The notes under the pieces were generated by a model that worked only from the letters and a program-made list of their open reading frames with translations, searched no databases and was not told the DNA's origin. Positions 49,429-57,938 of a stretch of 64,000 nt of DNA are shown here, piece by piece; positions within the stretch are counted from its first letter, which is position 1; each line of letters opens with the position of its first letter. Source of the stretch: an uncultured Bacteroidales bacterium (GTDB lineage Bacteria; Bacteroidota; Bacteroidia; Bacteroidales; Paludibacteraceae); NCBI GenBank assembly GCA_944321895.1, contig CALUNA010000011.1, positions 12,633-76,632 of the forward strand, in the 5' to 3' direction. Made by a program: the position numbers and the translations under genes.

Positions 49429-50156
49429 GGTTTTTGCGGGTATTTGCGGAACCAACTTTGTATTTTCAGGCGGATAACTCCCCATACGGCTTCATTGAAG
49501 ATGCCTCCGCTCATTTTGGATGTACCTAACTCGCGGTTGATGAAAATGATGGGGATTTCTTGGACATTGAAGCCGCATTGGATAGCGGTGAATTTCATTT
49601 CTATTTGGAATGCATAACCCTTGAACCGGATTTTGTCCAGTTCGATGGTTTCCAGCACCTGTCGGCGGTAGCAAACGAATCCGGCCGTGGTGTCGGCAAT
49701 TTTGATGCCAAGTATACAGCGTACATATTTGCTGGCAAAATAGGACATGAGCACGCGCCCCATGGGCCAGTTTACCACATTGACGCCGCTGACATAGCGT
49801 GACCCGATTGCGACATCTGCTCCTTTGGTTGCACAAGCCTCATACAGTCTTGGCAAGTCGGCCGGATTGTGGGAGAAATCTGCATCCATCTCAAAAATAT
49901 AGTCATATCCATGTGCGATTCCCCATTTGAATCCGGCAATGTAGGCTGTTCCCAAGCCGGATTTTCCAGGCCGTTCAATCAAGTGAAGCCTTGCAGGGAA
50001 GGTTTCCTGTAACTGTTTGACAATGGTAGCTGTACCATCGGGAGAGCCGTCGTCGATTACCAGGATATGGAAATCACCCGGCAGGTTGAACACGGCACGG
50101 ATAATGTTTTCGATATTTTCCTTTTCGTTGTAAGTGGGGATGATGACTAATTTCAT
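49422..50156 (-). CDS. GT2 polyprenol-monophosphomannose synthase-like glycosyltransferase
   Basis: 244 aa starting [15 protein letters not shown], with [10 protein letters not shown] and the DADFSHNP motif typical of DPM1/Ppm1-type enzymes. Confidence 0.87.
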   Translation of the reverse strand: MKLVIIPTYNEKENIENIIRAVFNLPGDFHILVIDDGSPDGTATIVKQLQETFPARLHLIERPGKSGLGTAYIAGFKWGIAHGYDYIFEMDADFSHNPADLPRLYEACATKGADVAIGSRYVSGVNVVNWPMGRVLMSYFASKYVRCILGIKIADTTAGFVCYRRQVLETIELDKIRFKGYAFQIEMKFTAIQCGFNVQEIPIIFINRELGTSKMSGGIFNEAVWGVIRLKIQSWFRKYPQKPC

Positions 50157-50168
50157 ACGTGGAAGGTT

Positions 50169-50975
50169 TTAGAATTCATATAACTCGGAAGGTGTCATAC
50201 GGCTCAGAGGGCATAACTCCACGTCCGTGCCGACTTTGATGCCGGCTTGTTCCAGATAATGATTTACGGTTTCAAATGCCAGCTGGGGCGTGTTGTTTTC
50301 CTTGCTTAAATGACACAAAAAGATGTTTCGCAGGTTGTTATGGTAATTTTTTGCAATAAAAATACCGCAATCGTCATTGCTCAGGTGTCCTGTATCTGAC
50401 ATGATACGTGCTTTCAGGTAGTCGGGATATGGTCCGTGCAACAGCATTTCAATGTCATAATTTGCCTCAAAGACCAGGTAGTTGCTTTGTTGTACGAAAT
50501 GTGCCAGATATTCGTTGGTGGTTCCCAAATCGGTGGCGAATGTTATGACCTTGTCGTCGTATTTGATGCTGTAGCCTACGCAATCGGTAGAGTCGTGCGA
50601 CAAGGGGAAGGGGGTGATACGGAATTCGGCCAGCTGGAAAGGAACGTTTTTCTCCAGGTAGCGTTGGCAGGTTTTCAGTTTTTCCGTTACACCATAATTC
50701 TTATTTATGCCAATATGTATCTCCGGTGTCGTGTAAACGGGAATATGATACCGTTCGCCCAATGAGCCGACTGCGCGTATGTGGTCGGCATGATCGTGCG
50801 TAATAAATATGCCCCATATGTTATGAAAGTCAAGACCTATATTGCGCAAATGTTTGCGTATGGTGCGAATACCAATGCCTGCATCAATTAGAATACCCCG
50901 TGCGGGTGTTCCCACATAATAGCAATTGCCGCTACTTCCGCTTCCGAAACTTTGAAAAAGTAATTTGTCCATCAC
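50169..50975 (-). CDS. MBL-fold metallo-hydrolase
   Basis: 268 aa with the HxHxDH motif (ITHDHADHI). Confidence 0.88.
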   Translation of the reverse strand: MMDKLLFQSFGSGSSGNCYYVGTPARGILIDAGIGIRTIRKHLRNIGLDFHNIWGIFITHDHADHIRAVGSLGERYHIPVYTTPEIHIGINKNYGVTEKLKTCQRYLEKNVPFQLAEFRITPFPLSHDSTDCVGYSIKYDDKVITFATDLGTTNEYLAHFVQQSNYLVFEANYDIEMLLHGPYPDYLKARIMSDTGHLSNDDCGIFIAKNYHNNLRNIFLCHLSKENNTPQLAFETVNHYLEQAGIKVGTDVELCPLSRMTPSELYEF

Positions 50976-51076
50976 TTTGCAAAGTTAGCTATTTTTTTTC
51001 TGTATATTCAAATTAGTTCGCTTTTTATTGGTTGTATGGGAAAAAACAGCATAAGGGTTAGGTCAATAGTGGATAT

Positions 51077-51122
51077 AAAAAAGGAGGGGCATCAAATTAT
51101 GTTGCAATTTGATACACCCTCC
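51077..51122 (-). terminator. Hairpin plus T-run after the beta-barrel gene
   Basis: On the minus strand: GGAGGGTGTATCAAATT gcaacat AATTTGATGCCCCTCC followed by TTTTTT. It lies 52 nt past the stop at 51174. Confidence 0.55.
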
Positions 51123-51173
51123 ATCAATCAATTATTAATGAAAATCTATTATGTTGTATTTCTCAGAATCTGT

Positions 51174-52082
51174 TTAGAAATAGAACATCATGTACAGTTT
51201 TCCGCCCAAGTTTTTCGTTCCGAACGTGAACGCATTGTTTCCCGGACTGACTAATTCCGTGCGGGTTTCCACCTGGTCTGTGGTCGGGTTGTAGCCTTCC
51301 TGCGTCTGGTAGCATTGCCGGCCGAACTCTCCCAGCGCGAAAAGCGATACTTCGCCACCTATCGACAAGTGTGATGCCAGGAACAATTCCACGCCCGCGT
51401 GTATGCCCAAACCAAGATACTGGGTGTTGCCATCGTGATAGCGCCCGGTGACGTAGGTTTGTGTCCAATAATCGATTTTTTTCGGATTGCCAAATCCCAG
51501 ATAGTCAGGTTCATTACCTCGGCTTGGTGTCTGGTTGATGTTTGTGATAGCATTGCCGTATTCGTAGATATTTTTCTGTGCGGCAAATCCGTAAATCAGT
51601 TCAGCGCCTGCATAGCCTTGTATGCGTTTGTAGCCTCGTCTGTATTCGGCTCCCAGGGCAATGGACCCTCCGGACCTGCTGATGCGTTCCGTGTCGGTCA
51701 CTTTGGCTTCGGAAAGCGGATTCAGGGCAACAGCGGCATCGTCCGTGACATAAAACCGGTTCACGTTTGTTGTGGTGAGTATGCCGATATTTGCCCTGAG
51801 GGCGATATTGTCGGTCAGCATGTATTTTCCCATAATGGAAACGGTCGGGTTCAAAATGCTGTTGCTTATCGTGCTTTCTCCGCCGAACTGGTTATAACTG
51901 GTTCCGGCATCGCTGAAAAAGTGTCCTGCATAATTGAGCAGTGGTGCTAAGTCTATACCTAATCCGATATCTCCAGCTTTCGGGAGTTCCACGGATTTCT
52001 TGCTTTTGGCTTCATCTTGGGCAAAGATGCCTGCCGGCAGAGCCAGCAGGAACATCAATGCAAATATTTTCGTCCTTTTCAT
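51174..52082 (-). CDS. Outer-membrane beta-barrel protein, family not recognised
   Basis: 302 aa with signal peptide MFLLALPAGIFAQ/DE. It has many amphipathic beta-strand segments and G/Y/N-rich loops. The terminal sequence LGGKLYMMFYF ends in an aromatic beta-signal. Confidence 0.72.
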   Translation of the reverse strand: MKRTKIFALMFLLALPAGIFAQDEAKSKKSVELPKAGDIGLGIDLAPLLNYAGHFFSDAGTSYNQFGGESTISNSILNPTVSIMGKYMLTDNIALRANIGILTTTNVNRFYVTDDAAVALNPLSEAKVTDTERISRSGGSIALGAEYRRGYKRIQGYAGAELIYGFAAQKNIYEYGNAITNINQTPSRGNEPDYLGFGNPKKIDYWTQTYVTGRYHDGNTQYLGLGIHAGVELFLASHLSIGGEVSLFALGEFGRQCYQTQEGYNPTTDQVETRTELVSPGNNAFTFGTKNLGGKLYMMFYF

Positions 52083-52100
52083 AAGAAATCGGTTTTATAA

Positions 52101-55100
52101 TTAATCTTGATCCATGATTGAACTCCAGTCATAATTGTTCCACCCGGGGGTGTAATAATTGTTGGGTTCGAACAACAATTTTGCGGATGGGTCGATCCTG
52201 TACAATGAGCCACTGGCCGGCTTATTGATAGTGATGTTGTATGGAGAATAGTAGTAACCGGAGATGATGCTTGTTTCATTCACGGCAGGATCTGCGTAGT
52301 GTATGAATTCCGCACTACTTTCTTTTAAAGCAATGTTTGCTGTTACTTCATCGGGCAATTCCTCTGCTTTCATTTGGAACGCGAATGTACCGGTGCTGTT
52401 CGTAACAACATCAAATGTGTTGCTGCTTATGGTTATTGTCATTAAGCAGTTGCCGGCTGTAGCCCAGTCTGCTTCGGCTAAATTCATATTGCTGTTCCAG
52501 CTTTCAACAGCTTTCTTGACTGTACCGGTTATCGTGTAGGATTGCGTTGCGTTGGCGCTATATACTTTCCAGCCCGGAAGGTTGTTGGACCAGTTTATTG
52601 TACTTGTACTTGGCGTAAATTCCAAATATCTTGTTCCTCGTTCGTTCCATTCAGCATCGGATGTTCTGATGGTACTGAGTGTGCTGTATCTTCCTTCCAG
52701 CTGTTGTGTTGTGCCGGCCGGATTGCGGTAGTGTGTGAAGAGGCCAAGCGCATCGGTGGAAAAAGATGTACTGTTCCATGTGACGGTTGGCTGATCATCT
52801 GCGTATTGCAGAGGAACATCAATGCTGAAATTGCCATCGGCATCTGTCGCACCTTGCAAGGTGAATCCGTTACAATTGAGTGTGACAACCTGATAGGCTT
52901 TGGCAACATAATCACCCGTCCAGAATCCGGTTTCTCTCGGGAACAGCAACGTTCCGGTAATGGTGCCTTTTGCCGTATAGTCGCTACGTACCCAACCGGC
53001 CAAATTAGCATGCCAATCTTGATCTCCACTGTCAGAAGCAGGAGAGAATGTATAATAGAACGTTCCCAATTCATTCCATGCAGCAGTTATATCTTTGGTA
53101 GCCCCGTTAGTTGTATATGTACCTTCCAAAATCTGCTGTTTGATGATGCCGTTTTTGTTTACAAAATGCACGAAATCATCTGCCTCAATGGCATCGGCAG
53201 ATGCATAGGCTACTGGTTCATCAATTTCATGTTTAACAGGAATTGCTACTGTAAATTTACCATCTGTACCGACCACAGCTTCGTATGTATATGAGTAACC
53301 ACTGCTTGGGTCTGTAGCCTCCACTGCAATGACTTCGCCTGCTGCAGCAACATATTCGCCTACGGCAAATGCGGTTTCTTTGGCAAACATAGCTTTACCG
53401 CTTACGGTAACAGTCTTGTTGTACAGGCTTCCGTTGGTGTTCTCTATTTTTACCCAGCCGGCCAAATTGTCGTGCCAGTTCTTGGCAGTGGTGCTTGGAG
53501 AGAATTTAAAGTATTGCGTGCCAAAATCATTCCATTCAAGTTCGCTGTTGCGGTCTGCTACGTAATAACCATAACTTCCCTGGAGCATTTCGCTGTCGGA
53601 AGTACCGTATTTGGTAAAGTGTTTGAATTCCTTGGTTTCACCTGTGATAGTTCCCGTTATGCTAGTGTATTGATCGTTTTCTTCTTCTTTTGGAATCGTA
53701 ATGCTGAATGTACCGTCTTCTTTGGTAAGAGCAGCAAACGAAACAGCATTACTATTCGGATAAGTGACAGAAATAGTTATTATCTCATTGTTGGCTCCTT
53801 CGTAGCTGCCTACGCCATAAGCAGTCTCACATGAGAACATGATTTTACCTGTAACCGTAGCGCTGAAACCGTATAACTCTCCGTCTGCATCTACCATTTT
53901 TACCCAGCCAGCCAAGTTGCTGTTCCATTCTTTGACATCATTTGCATTCTCTGGTGTAAAGCGATAGTAGCGTGTTCCGATGTTGTTCCAGTCAAGTTCT
54001 TTCTTGTTGCGGTCCGTAACGGCGTTGTAGCTATAATATTCTCCCTTTATCAGTTTGCTTTCGGTCGTTCCGGCTTTTGTAAAGTGTTTGAATTCGGTCG
54101 TTTCATAAGTTTTGTTACCCCATTCAATGTCATATTGGTCGCTTTCTTCTTTCTTGGGAATTACAATACTGAACGTACCATCTTCCTTTACAGGAGCGGC
54201 AAATTGCCTTGTCCCATCAGGATAAGTGACGGATATGGATACTATTTCATTTTGTGCTCCCTGATAGCTACCTACGGCAAAAGCGGTTTCGTATGCAAGC
54301 ATGGCCTTGCCGGTAACCGTGGCGGTCAGATCATAATCCTGTATTTTTACCCAGCCTGCCAGATTTTCGTTCCAGGTTTCGGGAGTATTTGCCATGGCTG
54401 GTTCAAATCTATGATAATAAGTGCCCAGGTCAGTCCACTCGGCTTCTCTGTTTATGATTTGTGTTCCATTCGTTTCATATTCACCATCTTTCAAGACTTT
54501 GGTACCTGTTTTCGTGTAGTGCGTATAGGAGACAGCCAAAGAATTGTCGAGCTCAATGCCGAAGTTTACTTTCACATTCGGGTCCGCAACAGGAACTTCC
54601 ACACTGAAGTTTCCATCGGCATCGGTGGCGGTGGCTAATGTCGTGTAACCCGGATATGTTATATTGATAGCTTGAACGGCAGAACTGTACGTGCCGATTC
54701 CATAGGTACTTTCAGTCGCTAATTTTACACTGCCGGTCAATGTTACTTTGCCAGCCATATTTTTAAAATCTGCCATGCCGAAAGCCCAACCGGCCAAGTC
54801 ACCTCTCCAGTTGATGGGATTTGGAGTTTGTGTCAAATCACCGTTGTAACTTGGGGTGAAAAACAAATGAGTGGAACCTAATTCGTATGGCATATCTGCA
54901 ATGATATTATTGACTTCTTTACCGGCACCATCGTATATGTCTTCAATAGTATATGCACCGGAAATATTACCGCTTTCGGTCGGGCTTGTCCAGTGTTTGA
55001 ATGCCGAATTACCTACGCCCTGTACGGCTATGTTTTTAACAGTAAACCCATCGCGCAGCGATTGTGCGGGAATTGTAATTGAGTAGTTGCCGGATTCGTC

Positions 55101-55823
55101 GGTCTGTGTGCCGAAAGTGAATTCTTCAACTTCTCCAGCTGTACTGGCGTTGACATCTGTTCCATAGTTGATGGTAAATTCTACGGTTGCCGCGTTTGCG
55201 TTTTGGAATGTTCCTTGGCGATAACCAGTTTCTACAGCCAATAAAATGTTACCGGTCAAGGTAACTTTTTCGTTAAATCCATCCAAATCAACCTCTGCGC
55301 TTTCATAATAAATGGCATCTGCTCCTTGGAATGATTTTGTACCCGGTTTCAAACCGCTAAGCTCAATTACCTGGTCTTTTCCATAACGGCGCAAGTTGGT
55401 TTTGAACACTGGTTTGCCAGCTTCCATTTTGAGGTATTCGGTATAATAAGCTGTAAATTCTTCCAAACGTAGTGTAGCGTTTATTCCTGCAGATTTTGTG
55501 GGTACCTGCAGCGAGAAATATCCTGCCGTATCTGTTACAGCTTCATAAATTTTGCTGCCGTCATTTGGATTTGCAGCTGCCGAAAATTGATCATAACCAA
55601 TTTCAACAAACACTTTGCGTCCCATTGCCGGTTTCTTGATATTAATGGAATAGTCCGTCCCCAAAGTATCCACTCCAGTAGAATAGTACACAAATCCTTC
55701 AACAGTTGCCCTTTCGTTCAATGAATCCAGATTAAATTCAGATTGCTCTTCTTCGCGGCAGCCCGTCCACAAACACAAAACTGCTGCCAGTGCGGCTCCT
55801 AAAAATAGCTTTGCCTTTTTCAT
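52101..55823 (-). CDS. Giant modular lipoprotein (about 8 tandem units of ~150 aa with carboxypeptidase-regulatory-like beta-sandwich appearance)
   Basis: 1,240 aa with lipobox LCLWTG/C (Cys22) followed by the acidic REEEQSE. The motifs TVTGK..., DG(T/N)FS(I/V)x(I/V)P and W-x2-NLAGWV recur. Confidence 0.85.
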   Translation of the reverse strand: MKKAKLFLGAALAAVLCLWTGCREEEQSEFNLDSLNERATVEGFVYYSTGVDTLGTDYSINIKKPAMGRKVFVEIGYDQFSAAANPNDGSKIYEAVTDTAGYFSLQVPTKSAGINATLRLEEFTAYYTEYLKMEAGKPVFKTNLRRYGKDQVIELSGLKPGTKSFQGADAIYYESAEVDLDGFNEKVTLTGNILLAVETGYRQGTFQNANAATVEFTINYGTDVNASTAGEVEEFTFGTQTDESGNYSITIPAQSLRDGFTVKNIAVQGVGNSAFKHWTSPTESGNISGAYTIEDIYDGAGKEVNNIIADMPYELGSTHLFFTPSYNGDLTQTPNPINWRGDLAGWAFGMADFKNMAGKVTLTGSVKLATESTYGIGTYSSAVQAINITYPGYTTLATATDADGNFSVEVPVADPNVKVNFGIELDNSLAVSYTHYTKTGTKVLKDGEYETNGTQIINREAEWTDLGTYYHRFEPAMANTPETWNENLAGWVKIQDYDLTATVTGKAMLAYETAFAVGSYQGAQNEIVSISVTYPDGTRQFAAPVKEDGTFSIVIPKKEESDQYDIEWGNKTYETTEFKHFTKAGTTESKLIKGEYYSYNAVTDRNKKELDWNNIGTRYYRFTPENANDVKEWNSNLAGWVKMVDADGELYGFSATVTGKIMFSCETAYGVGSYEGANNEIITISVTYPNSNAVSFAALTKEDGTFSITIPKEEENDQYTSITGTITGETKEFKHFTKYGTSDSEMLQGSYGYYVADRNSELEWNDFGTQYFKFSPSTTAKNWHDNLAGWVKIENTNGSLYNKTVTVSGKAMFAKETAFAVGEYVAAAGEVIAVEATDPSSGYSYTYEAVVGTDGKFTVAIPVKHEIDEPVAYASADAIEADDFVHFVNKNGIIKQQILEGTYTTNGATKDITAAWNELGTFYYTFSPASDSGDQDWHANLAGWVRSDYTAKGTITGTLLFPRETGFWTGDYVAKAYQVVTLNCNGFTLQGATDADGNFSIDVPLQYADDQPTVTWNSTSFSTDALGLFTHYRNPAGTTQQLEGRYSTLSTIRTSDAEWNERGTRYLEFTPSTSTINWSNNLPGWKVYSANATQSYTITGTVKKAVESWNSNMNLAEADWATAGNCLMTITISSNTFDVVTNSTGTFAFQMKAEELPDEVTANIALKESSAEFIHYADPAVNETSIISGYYYSPYNITINKPASGSLYRIDPSAKLLFEPNNYYTPGWNNYDWSSIMDQD
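52569..54800 (-). repeat. Core of the intragenic tandem repeat array (period about 435-460 nt)
   Basis: The [ND]L[AP]GW landmark occurs at aa 342, 487, 636, 786, 940 and 1081 of the lipoprotein. The two best-conserved units map to 53469-54365. Confidence 0.7.
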
Positions 55824-55881
55824 AAATGATAAAAATTAGTTTTACGGTGAAAATTTTATTTATAGAAATGAAATATATCGG

Positions 55882-55889
55882 CAAATATA
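55882..55889 (-). promoter_or_regulatory. Candidate -7 box (TATATTTG) for the lipoprotein/barrel operon
   Basis: The reverse complement of CAAATATA matches TAnnTTTG, about 59 nt upstream of the ATG at 55823. Confidence 0.3.
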
Positions 55890-56283
55890 TTACTTTTATG
55901 AAAAATCAAAGCAAAAGATTGAATAAATTTTTATTTTATAAAACGAATCCGATTTTTAGTATGAATAATTATTTGTTTTTCAATGGCTTAATATATGTTT
56001 GGTGTATTTTGACAGATTGTGTTAAAAGAATGTTTGTGGGGGAGGAGAAAATATGTGGATTCGGGAACGGAAGTTTGATGGGTGCTTCATTTTGTTCTGT
56101 TTTTGATTTGGTTCAATATGTCGCAGATATCAGGATGTCCATGTCCTGTATGATCAATATCGAACGTGTACCCGTAAGGGGAATCGAAGGGATTGATGTA
56201 CGATTGTTTGGCTGATTTTGTTGACTTGCGGTTTCCTTTTTGTACGTTTGGCCGGAAGTATGTTGTTCAGATATTCATATACG

Positions 56284-56329
56284 AAAAAAGGAGAGGTGCC
56301 TTGTTTTGTCTCGGCACATCTCCTTTTTT
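56284..56329. terminator. Terminator after metK (bidirectional architecture)
   Basis: AAAAAAGGAGAGGTGCC ttgttttgtctc GGCACATCTCCTTTTTT, with 11 bp and one G-U. It lies 19 nt past the metK stop. Confidence 0.7.
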
Positions 56330-56347
56330 ATGGTCATGTTTTGTGTT

Positions 56348-57628
56348 TTACAAACCGAACACAGCTTTAATTTCGGCTACTTTGTCTGTTTTTTCCCACG
56401 TAAAAAGCTCTACGGTTGTTTGGAAGTCTTGTCCGTTGCCATCCTTGAATTTTTTGGTGACAATGGCTGGCGTGCGGCCTACATGTCCGTATGATGCTGT
56501 CTCCTTATAAATGGGATTACGCAGTTTCAGGCGTTCTTCTATGGCCTTTGGGCGCATGTCGAACAGGGGTTCTATTTTTGCTGCTATTTCCTGGTCGTTT
56601 TCAGGAACTTTTGCCGTTCCGTACGTATTTACGTACAGGTTCATTGGTTTGGCAATGCCAATGGCGTATGAAACTTGCACAAGAACTTCCTTGGCGACGC
56701 CGGCGGCAACCAGGTTTTTAGCTATGTGGCGTGCGGCATATGCTGCTGAACGATCCACTTTGGACGGGTCTTTGCCGGAGAATGCTCCTCCACCATGCGC
56801 TCCCTTCCCTCCGTACGTGTCTACGATAATCTTGCGCCCGGTCAGTCCGGTATCTCCATGAGGACCGCCAATGACGAATTTCCCGGTCGGGTTTACATAC
56901 AGAATGTAGTCATCCTTGAATAGTTTGGCGTATTGTGCGTCTTTTTTCAGTACGCGCGGGATCAGTATGTTTTTTACATCATTGTATATGATGCGCAACA
57001 TTTCTTCGTCAGCCTGTGCTTGCGTGCGGTTTGAATCCGGCAAGATGAATTCATCGTGTTGTGTGGAGACCACTATGGTATGTACACGTTCGGGTTCATT
57101 CCTGTCGTTGTAGGCAATGGTAACCTGGCTTTTTGCATCGGGGCGGAGGTATGTCATTTCTTTGCCTTCCCGCCGGATGGCTGCCAGTTCAATAAGCAGG
57201 GCATGTGACAGATCCAGTGATATCGGCATCAGGTTTTCTGTCTCATCGCATGCATATCCGAACATCATGCCCTGGTCGCCGGCGCCTTGGTCCATGGGGT
57301 CCTTGCGTTCAACTCCACGGTTGATGTCTTGCGACTGCTCGTGCAGGGCGGAAAAAATGCCGCAGGAATTACCGTCGAACATGTATTCGCCTTTTGTGTA
57401 GCCAATGCGGTTGATAACTTGCCGGGCAACGGTTTGCACGTCAACATAAGCACTTGATTTGACTTCGCCGGCAACAACAACCTGTCCTGTGGTGACTAAT
57501 GTTTCACAGGCAACTTTCGAATTGCGGTCTTGTGCCAGAAAATTGTCCAGAATGGCGTCTGAAATCTGATCGGCAACCTTGTCGGGATGCCCTTCCGAAA
57601 CGGATTCGGATGTAAATAAATATCCCAT
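56348..57628 (-). CDS. metK: S-adenosylmethionine synthase
   Basis: 426 aa starting [28 protein letters not shown], with the [12 protein letters not shown] and [19 protein letters not shown] blocks. Confidence 0.97.
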   Translation of the reverse strand: MGYLFTSESVSEGHPDKVADQISDAILDNFLAQDRNSKVACETLVTTGQVVVAGEVKSSAYVDVQTVARQVINRIGYTKGEYMFDGNSCGIFSALHEQSQDINRGVERKDPMDQGAGDQGMMFGYACDETENLMPISLDLSHALLIELAAIRREGKEMTYLRPDAKSQVTIAYNDRNEPERVHTIVVSTQHDEFILPDSNRTQAQADEEMLRIIYNDVKNILIPRVLKKDAQYAKLFKDDYILYVNPTGKFVIGGPHGDTGLTGRKIIVDTYGGKGAHGGGAFSGKDPSKVDRSAAYAARHIAKNLVAAGVAKEVLVQVSYAIGIAKPMNLYVNTYGTAKVPENDQEIAAKIEPLFDMRPKAIEERLKLRNPIYKETASYGHVGRTPAIVTKKFKDGNGQDFQTTVELFTWEKTDKVAEIKAVFGL

Positions 57629-57790
57629 TTTCTTTTTAATTTTAGCCGTTTGAATGGCTGTTCAACAATAAAAAAAACTAAAAATAATGGGGAAAGTAAG
57701 GACTTTGTGTGCGCAGACGGTAACAGAGATTACAGTTTTAGCATTTTTTTCTGTGGTTGCAAGCAGTCCAAATCTCTCCACAAATTCTGC
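57629..57790 (-). ncRNA. Structured metK 5' leader, candidate SAM-responsive pseudoknot element (unverified)
   Basis: Minus-strand RNA from just after the -7 box reads GCAGCAGAAUUUGUGGAGAGAUUUGGACUGCUUGCAACCACAGAAAAAAAUGCUAAAACUGUAAUCUCU... GCAGCAG pairs with CUGCUUGC. The enclosed UGUGG pairs with the downstream CCACA (pseudoknot topology). AGAGAUU pairs with AAUCUCU. The CUUGCAA ... AAAAAAAUGCUAAAA part is reminiscent of SAM-II-type elements. Confidence 0.3.
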
Positions 57791-57792
57791 TG

Positions 57793-57800
57793 CAAATATA
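57793..57800 (-). promoter_or_regulatory. Candidate metK promoter -7 box (TATATTTG) with a TTTG -33 element 20 nt upstream
   Basis: Minus strand: TTTG cgcatatcaaacaaaagaca TATATTTG. This matches the Bacteroides TTTG-N19-21-TAnnTTTG architecture. Confidence 0.4.
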
Positions 57801-57938
57801 TGTCTTTTGTTTGATATGCGCAAATAAATCTGCGAAGGCAGCCGTGGGTGCTGTGATTCTTTTAACGAGGAACGGACATACTTGATAAATAAATCAAATA
57901 TGCCCGTCCGGTTCATTTGGCTGGATATGACGTTTTTT

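Noticed and set aside
55826-56215. 129-aa plus-strand ORF in the AT-rich spacer upstream of the giant lipoprotein. I also searched this spacer for an invertible promoter.
   Set aside because: The ORF is an AT-rich low-complexity frame (K/I/F/N-rich) with no signal or motif. I also looked for flanking inverted repeats of the kind that bracket Bacteroides invertible promoters. I found only one partial CGAACGT-like half-site and no partner, so a phase-variable switch is not supported.
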